Shown: positions 50,945 to 63,299 of the stretch, piece after piece | How positions within the stretch are numbered: position 1 is the stretch's first letter | Layout: every line of letters starts with the position of its first letter | NCBI GenBank assembly: GCA_002189035.1 | Contig: CM007989.1 | Coordinates: forward strand, 2,232,001 to 2,296,000 | DNA from: Utricularia gibba | Taxonomy: Eukaryota; Plantae; Magnoliophyta | Direction: 5' to 3' | DNA: 64,000 bases | Notes under the pieces: generated by a model | What the model saw: only the letters and a program-made list of their open reading frames with translations | Database searches by the model: none | Told to the model about the DNA's origin: nothing | Program-made: the position numbers and the translations under genes

Positions 50945-53900
50945 TCTGCTTCATTTTTATCTACACCCAAAAAAATTTTTTTTGTCAAAAATAGTAAATA
51001 TTCTTTGCAAAATTATTTTTGCTAAAAACAGAATGAAAAACAATATAAAAGATTTTAGAACAACAAATTAGAGTAAAAAAATCGTATATTAAAAAATTAA
51101 ATAAATATAAAATATACAATTAATTGATTGGATCTAATATTTTTAAATATAATGTTTCATAAGCCTCTATCTTGGATGGTCTAGGTTTTGGCGGTAGGGG
51201 GAGGGGCGTGCCAAGGCGAATGCAGCCATGTTCATGTCCATAGACATGGCCCCGCAGGGTAGATGTATAATTTACAACAAAATACGTGGAGTCACATTGC
51301 CCATTTATTGTGCAAGATAAGGAAAGGAGAGAAAACCCCACTTGGGCTTTCAATGTCTATTATTGCGTCTACACCCATTCAGTTATTATTCATACAATTG
51401 TGTGTGTACCGTACGCTTCCATCCAAATATACAAATCAATTTTTAACAAAATATTAGTGTTTCTAAACACACGGACTAAAATATCTAGTATTTAATAAAC
51501 TTATAATTTTAAATTTATTCTCTCTTCATTATTTCTTAAATTTATTTGATTTGATTTTTATAAATTCTAATCTTTATCTATTAGTTATGTAAGAAAATTA
51601 AAAAAATTAATTTATGAAATTAAATTTAGAAATTATTGAAGTATTTTAATGAATAAATTAAAAAATATATACTATTAATTTTCGTATACCTCGAAATTTT
51701 ATTTATATAATAAATTTTATAAAATAATTTTATATTACTCAATAAAACAGTTTTATAATATTAAAATTTATTTTATTTTACATAATCTGAAACATAATTA
51801 TATAAAATACGAAACTAGTCATTTAATTCCTATGTGTTTTTTTTCAAAATTTAAATTCAAAGGAAGATTGATTGAAGGACGAGTCCATTGTTTAATTATA
51901 AACGGTCTCGTATTTCTTTGCAGAACACATAGAAAATAATGCATATATATTTATGGATCAAGTCCGAATTTCACCGTTTCAAATCGGGTTTTCGGATCGA
52001 ACTGAGTGTTATATTGCATTGGGTCGGGTTGTCCTTGGCTAGGGTTAGGGATGTAAAATAAAGATAAAAAAGAAACCATAAAACAGTGAAATAGTTTCAT
52101 GAAATAGTTGGGTTTCGGTTTAGGTTCATGAAAACTTTGACAACAGTAATTTGAAGGTACATTTCATTTGATTATAAGTGGAAACCCGTAGCTCACATAC
52201 TGTGCACTGGGGCCGAAAACCTAGATGTCTATATATATGTCCCGTGTGGTTCACTTGTTTGAGGCAAAAAAGCAAACAGCTGGCTGGGTCCGGAGATAAC
52301 GGAAGGCGGCTATGGGGTTCGAGAGATTCTTCCACATGAACGGCGGTGAGGACGAGAAGAGCTACGCCAAGAACTCATCTTTTCAAGTGAGACTGCACGC
52401 ACTACCAAGAAAAAAGCAAACAAAGCTGTGTCCTCTGCTGCTATCTTCATGACTGTGCTCTATTTTCTTCTGCAGAAACATGTGATCTCTATTGTGTATC
52501 CCTTCGTCGCTTCAGCTCTCGCTGGCTGCTTTCGGAAGTCTCTCCCTGAAAGCATCGGGATAGCAGACCTGGGGTGCTCTTCGGGTACCAACAGCTTGAT
52601 GGTCGTCTCCAGGATCGTTAATGGGGTCCACGATCTGTGCTCGGAGAGAGGGATCACGACGGTGCCGGAGGTGAGAGTGGCATTGAATGATCTCATAACG
52701 AATGACTTCAACAGGGTTTTTACCTCGTTGCCTGAGTTCTACGAGAAGCTCTCAACCCAAAAAAACTGCTTCATCTCGGCCGTTCCGGGCTCCTTCTACG
52801 GCAGACTCTTTCCCAGCAACAGCTTACATTTCGTTCACTCATCCTTTAGCCTCCACTGGCTTTCTAAGGTAATACAAATGTGGGGCTAGTCTTTTACTCT
52901 ATCATAAACTCAATGCGTACTTGGTCTACTGGGACCCGGATTTGGAGCAGGTTCCCGAGGGGTTGACGGGTCCGGGTCTGAACAAGGGGAAAATCTACAT
53001 CTCGGATACAAGCCCGGAGTCTGCGTTCCAAGCATATCTGGCGCAGTTCGAATCGGACTTCTATGGCTTCATGAAGGCACGTGCGGAGGAGGTCGTTCCC
53101 GGTGGCAAAATGGTGCTGTATTTCATAGGCCGGAAAACGCCACGGCCGAGCATTGAGGGCGATGATAAGCTGGAAATCTTGTCACGCGCACTCATGAGTA
53201 TGGCCTCAGAGGTAAGCCTTAAAAACACCCGCAATCAAAAACAAAAAAAAAAGAACCCCAATCTCTCCAATCTCTTACAACATGAAACTGAAGTTTACAC
53301 ACTATTTGGCATACGCCTTGCAGGGCTTAATCAAGGATAAGGATGTCGACTCGTTCAACTATCCCTACTACGCCCCCAGCGTAGAAGAGGTGAAAAAGGT
53401 GATAGCAGAGGAAGGGTCCTTCGTCGCAGACGCCATCCAAGTAGAAGCAGTGGAATGGGAGAGGGAACTCGAGGCTTCTTCACGTGGTCGCATTATTTCC
53501 AGGACAGTGAGAGCGTCTAACGAGAGCATACTGGGGGCACACTTTGGATCTGACAACATGGACGAGCTGTACTCCAGAGTTCATAAGCTCATTGAAGAAG
53601 CTGAACCCAAGCCCTCGTACATTATGATCGTCTCGCTCACAAATCACAAGAGTCTGTGAGAGTGAAGCGAAATGCTGCTAGTAATGGATGATGCTGATCA
53701 GACCGGCCAACCTCCATGTGTGTTGAAATATCATGTTATGTGTTCTTCCCATTGCTCCTCTCTAAAAGAATTGAACAAATCATGCTGTGTGTTATCATGT
53801 GTGCTCGTGTGCATCAGAGTATCTCTATTGTTTGTTTTTTTTAATTTTTTCCTAATTTTCCAAATATCATGATTAAAACCTCCCATCTACTTTTTAAAGG

Positions 53901-54095
53901 TTACATCAATTCCCTATTCCACGCATTAAATTGTGCTATGGCGCATCCGACAGCAGCTACCCCGATATGCTCCATCTGTAACTCGAAGCATTGTGCAGCG
54001 ATGATGTGGGACCCGGGTGCATCGTGAAGGTGGGCCAGTGAGGCGCAGTTTGGATGCCGAATGTGGGGTAGCGGATCCGGTGATGGATTGGTGTA
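50945..54095 (+). repeat. Tandem segmental duplication unit A (paralog of 58755-62873)
   Basis: Direct comparison shows a constant offset of 7810 nt from 50945 to about 52870. Homology continues with substitutions and indels to about 54095. Confidence 0.95.
52312..53659 (+). CDS. SABATH carboxyl methyltransferase (SAMT/BSMT/JMT family), copy 1, 354 aa
   Basis: Exons 52312-52386, 52476-52868, 52951-53211 and 53324-53659, all in frame. Motifs [59 protein letters not shown]. Confidence 0.95.
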
Positions 54096-57000
54096 TTTTT
54101 ACTGTTGGAAGTTACGGGGATATGGATAGGTATATTACAAAAGTAGCCATTATTTTTGAACTATGTAATAAAAATATACATGGTATATATAAAATATTAG
54201 GTATAGTAGGCGTGAGAGAAAGATGACCAATTTTCTAAATGATCTGATAAAGATAATTTTGAGTGATTTCGGAGTGGATTCTGGAAGGTGGTCCTTGGAG
54301 CTCCGGGAGTGGACCGACGGTTGTGTGATTGGGTTTGGCCACGATGGTCGTAGGAAACCGCTGCCAATCCCACTGTCTGTCCGCCCGGCGCGTCTCTTGC
54401 TGGCGATGATACGCTTATTGCTGTACCCATGAGTTCCATTTGGGAAACTTAAACCCTATTTCGGCTTGAAATCCAACCGCAGATTGAAAATGAAAACAAA
54501 ATCTCTTGGTTTACAAGGCACCATATGAGTTAGGTGTAGGATTTTAAGATACGAGAACAAATAATTATATATCAAGATTTGAAATGAAATATTTAAGTAA
54601 ATAAAAGAATTACAAATCGATTGAGCATATATTAATTATTTGATCTATTGGATTCTTATGTGTTTGAATGGGCTGGGCCAGATGATGCATTCAACGGCCC
54701 ATTTAGTAATGGGCCTTATGTGTTTGTCGGAGAATTGTATTGAATATTTCATCTAATGTGCCTAGGCCCATTCAGGAATAGAGTAAAAAAGTGGCCCTGA
54801 TCGTGAGACACACCACATCAGTGATCAGTTAGTTATCTGGTATTCAGAGAAGTTGACGGTTGTCGCAGATACGGAGATGAGCTGCCCGCTGGAAATGGAG
54901 AGTTGCGACTGAGCGGTGAAAGTCAGACTGGTCGGAAGTCACAGAGAGAGTCTGTCAGTAGTAGAAGAAGAAAAGGTGTTATTCCGAAGCGTTTTGGGGC
55001 ATGCGCTCTCCTTTTTATTCAACAGGCGGTGGAAGTGTGAAGCTGTAGAGGGCTCGGCTATCAGCCTTACGGAATTGGGCTTCACGGTTAGCTAGCCACG
55101 TCCCTTAATGGAGCAACGTCTCGTGGAGCAGACAAAGTTTTTGACAGGAAATAATGTCTGTTTGTAGAGGTGATTCTTCTTGGAAGAATTGAGTTCTGTT
55201 AAGCTAAGGGTATGTATTACCATACCTAATGATAAATATTCTTAGCTTAAAAAGATCAGACTGCAAGGATTTAATCTGGTTGTCTGTGCATGTGTTTTCC
55301 AGATGAGTGCCAAGTGTATGTTGCTGCAGTGAGTATGAGCTGTTTTTGCTCATTGTATGCACTGTTGGAAAATTTGGGGAGTGACCCTAGACCAGTAGAT
55401 TTCCAGTTTCAGGGTTTTTAACTGCCTAAATTCTGTGTCTTTACTGCCTGTTTGCTGCTAAGAATCAGTCCATTAAGCTTTGCTTGGCAATAGCAACGAA
55501 TTCAAAACCCCCCACAAACTGATAACACCAAAACACATCTTTTCACAAGTGCTAACGTATAAATATACATTTCTAGCATTCTTCCCCCTTGAACGAAGTT
55601 GCAAATGGCAGCAATTTCTGTAGAGACGGGTTTGTTACAGAAAATGCATTCATATCCGGTTGATGGATCTCTTGAATGCTCATTAAAGCAGAATGCCCAT
55701 TTCCTCTTATAATCCTTTTCTCTTTTTTTTTAAACTGTAACTAATGTTATTTATTTATATTTGAATTCTCATGAGGAATTTTTCACCGTTAAAACATAAT
55801 AAAAAAGAATATTTACTGATTAAAAAAACAATGTTATTTACTAGTGACAGTGGACTCTGTTGCATCATGGATGATGCCCTAACACCTGGCATATGAGCAG
55901 CCTCCCATACCTTCAATAATTCAATCCAACATGTGGTCCGTACGGATGGCAGTTAACTTTTATTTTTTGTAATATTTAATGCTCAAAATTAAAAATCGCA
56001 ATTGAGAATTTCAGATGTTTCATAATGTAAAACATTGTCCCTTGATGCTGCTCTTTTTCCGTATAATAATCGCTGGCTTTTTTTATTAATAATAAATATT
56101 ATTTATTGAACTTGTGCACGTGAACAAACAATAAGCCACGTGAACAGCTGGGTCGTACATTCAATATTGATTGACTTAAATATATAGAGATTCCTAAAGT
56201 GTTTGTGGAAGGTTAGGAATAGTTACTATTGTTGCTTTAATAATCTACCTTCTCAAATCTACACATTAAATCCTCGAAATTAGACGAGTATCGAAACTTG
56301 AATCATTAACCTCGTTTAATATTTATATTTTATACGTTTTTTAATAACATTTTTTCAAGTTCTAACTTTTAAAATGTGTGTTAATACATGAATTTAAATA
56401 TGATTTTTTGGAAGATGGGCTATCAACCACACACCTTTGTGGCTATAAAAAAAACATAATTTTTCAACTACAATGCATTAAATTGGGAACGGAATCCATG
56501 TCATAAAAAAACATTATCTCAACTCCCAGCCGACATCGTGCCTCCTTCCCTAGCGCACGTGCCTATAAACACACCTTTGTGTACGTGGATTCTTTTGGTT
56601 TACTATCTACTCATTCTGGGGCCGGTTCGACCGGGGAGAAGCCAGTACAGTCATACCTTGATATGTCTTGTCTTCACGGCAGTAGTTCCCTTTTTTCCCC
56701 CTATTTTTACGTGCTGGACGGCAGGAGTGACAAGCATTGTTCCGACAACTTCCATTTTTTTGCGTGTGTTTGTGTTTTCTTTTGGTAGGAAGGGTGGTTG
56801 TGGTGTATAAAAAGTCCACAGAGTGGACAACTTACATCGTCGTCCATTACACTGAGTGGTTGAACAACAATAATGTTGCGGCAACAACAAAGTCTGGTTG
56901 CATTTTACGAGGCGCAGGAAAAAAAGATAATGATAAAAGAGGATATTACAAAAATGCCCACATTATTTTAAGTCAGTTAGAAAATTGAACATTGTATATG

Positions 57001-57452
57001 TAAAAATTTGATCATAATATATGATAGAAAAAGATTCGATAATCACTTTTCTAAATGACTCTAATAAAAATCGGGTCTATTTTGGAAACAACCATTAATT
57101 ATATCACAATCTTTGTATAATTTATAAATTTGATCTCCTTTTTCTTTGTGTTTGAAAAAAATAACAACTTTTAATGTAATTTTTTTATCTTAATATGTTG
57201 CTGAAAAGCAATAATGATCTCAATATCTTCATTTTTTCTCGCGACCAGTACTTTGAAAACTTTCAACACTTTTCGTCGCAGGATTCAAATAGATTGATAC
57301 TTAGTTTAAGAGAAATGCATATATAGAATAATTGAATTCAAATCGATGAACGTAATACCTTTAAATATCTTCAACAGTTAATCATTTTAAAAGTATTACA
57401 GAAAAAGTGGACGTCATACTTATCGTCTCTGAAATTTAAGACTTTTGAGGGC

Positions 57453-57954
57453 ACGTTTGGTGGGGATGGTTACACTAGTTTTATCGGGTTTGGTTTAATA
57501 TTATACTTATTTGGTAGAGTATATTAGTTTAACACCAGGTTAAATTAAACACCAATTTTCCTGGTTTTATGAGTTTAAATTAAACCCATCCTCCTAGTAG
57601 GTTTAAAATAAACAAGATGACACACATGACACAGATAATGTTATAACAAGACATCAACGAGGAGACCAGCTTTTAGGTTCGTTCTAACAAAAACTAGGGT
57701 TTGTTGTCATAGAAGATGCCGCTAAAACCACTCCTGAGTTGAGTTCTCCTTGATTTTCACAGGCGGGCGGCACTGCATCAGCTCCCTCCGCCCCCTCCGC
57801 CTCCGGGCGATTCTCCGGCCACCTCCCCTCAATGTCACAGGCGTCCACGCGGGAGGCATTACTTGGACAGACATCAATGGTTGTGACAGATAAATTATCT
57901 ATTATTCCATGATAATGCTATTGCACGGACTGTCTCGTTGCACCCACCAAACGT
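57453..57954. mobile_element. Putative MITE (Tourist/PIF-Harbinger-like ends)
   Basis: Perfect 12-bp inverted repeat ACGTTTGGTGGG (57453-57464) / CCCACCAAACGT (57943-57954). The left end GGGCACGTTTGG resembles Tourist termini. No clean TSD is recognisable. Confidence 0.4.
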
Positions 57955-60121
57955 CGACGCAGCAGGTTTTTTTTAATGAAAATATTTTTTTATTCCCAAT
58001 GTGTGTTTTTCTGTACTAAACTATATAATATCATATCTTCATTTGGCACGAGGGTAACTGCCCACCCGCCAGCTACACTAATTGATTCCTAATTGCTATG
58101 CTATCGACGGATAGAAGCCCTAAAAAAAGTTTTTTTTTCTCTGCATTTTATCGTTCGAGTTGATTTCATACACCCCACATTGTGTAATAATGAGGATAAA
58201 CAAATCCGAGTTGGCCTTTATTTTAATTCCTCAGCAATAACACACACGTCAGCTGCACATTTTTATATGTCTATGCTGATGATGCTATAATAATCTATAT
58301 GCCCAATCTAAACCTGCACTAGGGTCACTGACACACCGTTATTACATATGGTATGTAAAATCGAATACAAAGCACTAAAGTTAAATAAAATACTTCCAAA
58401 AGTGAACCCAAAACCATCTATGAGTGTTTTAAAAATAGATTCAATTCATTCTCCAGTTTAGTAACTGTTTTGAATTGAATATTCTTTTTATAAAAAATGA
58501 AAATAATTATCTAAGTTCAATATGATAATGTTATGAAAAAATTATTTTTGAGCATCAAAAATATTAATTGATAATAAAGCTCATAATGAAATAACCACAC
58601 ATAATTAGATAATGATACTCAACATAGTTAAAACAAAAATCAAACTCAACTATTTGATACAGAGACCGGGTGCTTGAGCTTGAAAAATACTTTTGAGAAT
58701 CTGATGGAAAAAATATAAATGAAAATTAGAAGTAGCAATTTTCTTATTTTTATTTCTGCTTCATTTTTATCTACACCCAAAAAAATTTTTTTTGTCAAAA
58801 ATAGTAAATATTCTTTGCAAAATTATTTTTGCTAAAAACAGAATGAAAAACAATATAAAAGATTTTAGAACAACAAATTAGAGTAAAAAAATCGTATATT
58901 AAAAAATTAAATAAATATAAAATATACAATTAATTGATTGGATCTAATATTTTTAAATATAATGTTTCATAAGCCTCTATCTTGGATGGTCTAGGTTTTG
59001 GCGGTAGGGGGAGGGGCGTGCCAAGGCGAATGCAGCCATGTTCATGTCCATAGACATGGCCCCGCAGGGTAGATGTATAATTTACAACAAAATACGTGGA
59101 GTCACATTGCCCATTTATTGTGCAAGATAAGGAAAGGAGAGAAAACCCCACTTGGGCTTTCAATGTCTATTATTGCGTCTACACCCATTCAGTTATTATT
59201 CATACAATTGTGTGTGTACCGTACGCTTCCATCCAAATATACAAATCAATTTTTAACAAAATATTAGTGTTTCTAAACACACGGACTAAAATATCTAGTA
59301 TTTAATAAACTTATAATTTTAAATTTATTCTCTCTTCATTATTTCTTAAATTTATTTGATTTGATTTTTATAAATTCTAATCTTTATCTATTAGTTATGT
59401 AAGAAAATTAAAAAAATTAATTTATGAAATTAAATTTAGAAATTATTGAAGTATTTTAATGAATAAATTAAAAAATATATACTATTAATTTTCGTATACC
59501 TCGAAATTTTATTTATATAATAAATTTTATAAAATAATTTTATATTACTCAATAAAACAGTTTTATAATATTAAAATTTATTTTATTTTACATAATCTGA
59601 AACATAATTATATAAAATACGAAACTAGTCATTTAATTCCTATGTGTTTTTTTTCAAAATTTAAATTCAAAGGAAGATTGATTGAAGGACGAGTCCATTG
59701 TTTAATTATAAACGGTCTCGTATTTCTTTGCAGAACACATAGAAAATAATGCATATATATTTATGGATCAAGTCCGAATTTCACCGTTTCAAATCGGGTT
59801 TTCGGATCGAACTGAGTGTTATATTGCATTGGGTCGGGTTGTCCTTGGCTAGGGTTAGGGATGTAAAATAAAGATAAAAAAGAAACCATAAAACAGTGAA
59901 ATAGTTTCATGAAATAGTTGGGTTTCGGTTTAGGTTCATGAAAACTTTGACAACAGTAATTTGAAGGTACATTTCATTTGATTATAAGTGGAAACCCGTA
60001 GCTCACATACTGTGCACTGGGGCCGAAAACCTAGATGTCTATATATATGTCCCGTGTGGTTCACTTGTTTGAGGCAAAAAAGCAAACAGCTGGCTGGGTC
60101 CGGAGATAACGGAAGGCGGCT

Positions 60122-61464
60122 ATGGGGTTCGAGAGATTCTTCCACATGAACGGCGGTGAGGACGAGAAGAGCTACGCCAAGAACTCATCTTTTCAAGTGA
60201 GACTGCACGCACTACCAAGAAAAAAGCAAACAAAGCTGTGTCCTCTGCTGCTATCTTCATGACTGTGCTCTATTTTCTTCTGCAGAAACATGTGATCTCT
60301 ATTGTGTATCCCTTCGTCGCTTCAGCTCTCGCTGGCTGCTTTCGGAAGTCTCTCCCTGAAAGCATCGGGATAGCAGACCTGGGGTGCTCTTCGGGTACCA
60401 ACAGCTTGATGGTCGTCTCCAGGATCGTTAATGGGGTCCACGATCTGTGCTCGGAGAGAGGGATCACGACGGTGCCGGAGGTGAGAGTGGCATTGAATGA
60501 TCTCATAACGAATGACTTCAACAGGGTTTTTACCTCGTTGCCTGAGTTCTACGAGAAGCTCTCAACCCCAAAAAACTGCTTCATCTCCGCCGTTGCGGGC
60601 TCCTTCTACGGCAGACTCTTTCCTAGCAACAGCTTACATTTCGTTCACTCATCCTTTAGCCTCCACTGGCTTTCTAAGGTAATGCAAATGTTGGGCAAGT
60701 CTTTTACTCTGTCATAAACTCAATGCGTACTTGGTCGGTCTACTGGAACCCGAATCTGGAGCAGGTTCCCGAGGGGTTGACGGGTCCGGGTCAGAACAAG
60801 GGGGAAATCCACATATCGGATACAAGCCCGGAGTCTGTGTTCCAAGCATATCTGGCGCAGTTCGAATCAGACTTCTATGGCTTCGTGAAGGCACGCGCCG
60901 AGGAGGTCGTCCCCGGTGGCAAAATGGTGCTGTATTTTGTAGGCCGGAAAACGCCACAGCCGAGCATTGAGGGAGATGATAAGATAGAACTCTTGTCACG
61001 CGCACTCATGAGTATGGCCACAGAGGTAAGCCTTAAAAACACCCACAATCGAAAAAAAATAAAAAAGATACCCAATCTCTTGCAACATGAAACTGAAGGT
61101 TACACACCACTTGGCATACGCCTTGCAGGGCTTAATCAAGGAGAAGGATATTGACTCATTCAACTATCCCTACTACGCCCCCAGCGTAGAAGAGGTGCAA
61201 AAGGTGATAGCAGAGGAAGGCTCCTTTGTCGCAGACGCGGTCCAAGTAGAAGCAGTGGAATGGGAGAGGGAACTCGAGGCTTCTTCACGTGCTGGCATCA
61301 TTTCCAGGACCGTGAGAGCGTCTAACGAGAGCATACTGGGGGCACACTTTGGATCTGACAACATGGACGAGCTGTACTCCAGGCTGCATAAGCTCATTGA
61401 CGAAGCTGAACCCAAGCCCTCGTACATTATGATCGTCTCGCTCACAAATCACAAGAGTCTGTGA
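60122..61464 (+). CDS. SABATH carboxyl methyltransferase, copy 2, 354 aa
   Basis: Exons 60122-60196, 60286-60678, 60765-61025 and 61129-61464, all in frame; same motifs as copy 1. Confidence 0.95.
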
Positions 61465-61802
61465 GAGTGAAGCGAAATGCTGCTAGTAATGGATGATGCG
61501 GATCAGACCGGCCAACCTCCATGTGTGTTGAAATATCATGTTATGTGTTCTTCCCATTGCTCCTCTCTAAAAGAGTTGAACAAATCATGCTGTGTGTTAT
61601 CATGTGTGCTCGTGTGCATCAGAGTATCTGTATTGTTTTTTTTTTTTAATTTATTCCTAATTTTCCAAATATCATGATTAAAACCTCCCATCTACTTTTT
61701 GAAAGTTACATTAATGCCCCTACCCCACGCATTAAATTGTGATATGGCGCATCCCACAGCAGCTACCCCGATAGGCTCCAACTGTACGAGCTCGAAGCAT
61801 TG

Positions 61803-62054
61803 GGCTTCGTTGACTGAATGACTCACTGTAAAAAAAACAGGTTTGCGCAATACCCACTATTCTAAAAGTATTGGCCAAATAACCATCTTTTGATTTTTTT
61901 TATTAATATGTATATAAATATATTAAATAAATAATATTTATATGTATATAATAACAAAAATTAAAAATAATTATTATTATAAAAACATAAACATAGAAAC
62001 AACAAATAATTCAATAAAAATTATTTGAGATAATGTTTTTAAAAATGTAATTAA

Positions 62055-62090
<36 letters not shown>

Positions 62091-62798
62091 ATATAAATAT
62101 ATGTTATTCAAAGTTTTAATTTTGATTTCAAATTAATTCAATAATTTATGAATTGTAAAATCAAAATTTTTTTACAAAAACATGTCTTTACTATAATCAT
62201 AACTTACATCTATAACAAATACATGGTATAATCATATATCGTTTTAACTATGGATTACATAGATATGAATTAAATAATAAATATTTATAATTTAATTTAT
62301 TACATGTGATTTATGTACATATAAGTGTAACATATGCTTTAGTTTATTTATTTAAATTGTATTTTATTAAATATCTGATTTATAATGGAATTTATGTAAT
62401 TGATTTATGCATAAAATTTTTAAATATTATACTTAATTTAACAAAATTGTATGTAACATAATTTATAAAATTTATTAAAAATATAATAATAAGATAGAAT
62501 TATTGATCAGATTATTATTTAAAAACAATATTTCTATAAATGTATTAATAAATTCAATTGAAAATATAACAAAATAAATTAAAATTTATTTGAAAAAATA
62601 TTTGTATAAAAATATTTTTGTAAATGCATGTATTTATTTTTCATATATTATTCATATGTATTTTTTTATTATTTTTTCGTATAAAAACTAAAGGTATTCA
62701 ACAAATAAAACAAAAAGTTGGAGTATTATACAAAAAAAGTGAAAAGTCAGATTCATCAAAGGAGATTTTTACAGTGGTGTATTCTACCAAATTAATCG
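61803..62798. mobile_element. Non-autonomous AT-rich DNA-transposon-like insertion with a 9-bp target-site duplication (Mutator-like by TSD length)
   Basis: Flanked by GAAGCATTG at 61794-61802 and 62799-62807. The paralogous site (53985-53993) has a single copy and no insert. Subterminal inverted CACTGTAAAAA/TTTTTACAGTG. No coding capacity recognised. Confidence 0.75.
62057..62086. repeat. (AT)n microsatellite, about 15 units
   Basis: Uninterrupted AT dinucleotide run inside the insertion. Confidence 0.95.
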
Positions 62799-63299
62799 GA
62801 AGCATTGTGCAGCGGTGTGGGACCCGGGTGCATTGTGAAGGTGGGGTAGCGGATCCGGTGACGGTTTGGTGTAGATCTGGGGTTAGGTGGGTATTGTGCT
62901 GCACGAGTTCTTCAATTCTGCTGCCTGATGCTGTCTTCTTTATTTCGAAAAACGCAGAGCCGGTCCCGTGAAATCCAACAACCACACTTAAGAGTTGCAC
63001 ATCGTCCAGAGGCATGGAATCAATACGCCAACTTCCAACATTTTTTTTAATCCGTCTGAAGTGTAGCACATGCTTGCGCAGTGATACACTCGATAACCCT
63101 AATCGTGACATTGCAGTTCGATGATGTGCTGCGACCCAGAGCCGCTGCCCGCCGCAGGCCGATCCATAGACGAAGGGCCCCCACCCAACTGGAACAACCA
63201 AGCCGTCCACATCAGGATTACTTTAGGATCATACACTAATTTCGTGTGGGCCGACACCTTACTGGTAAACAGGCTGTTTTCTTTGATTGTGTTTACTTT

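Larger units (their letters stand above)
58755..62873 (+). repeat. Tandem segmental duplication unit B (contains a 996-bp insertion)
   Basis: Paralog of 50945-54095; interrupted at 61803-62798. Confidence 0.95.

Noticed and set aside
52046-52057. Ac/hAT-like terminus TAGGGATGTAAA (also at 59856)
   Set aside because: No matching inverted end or 8-bp TSD found.
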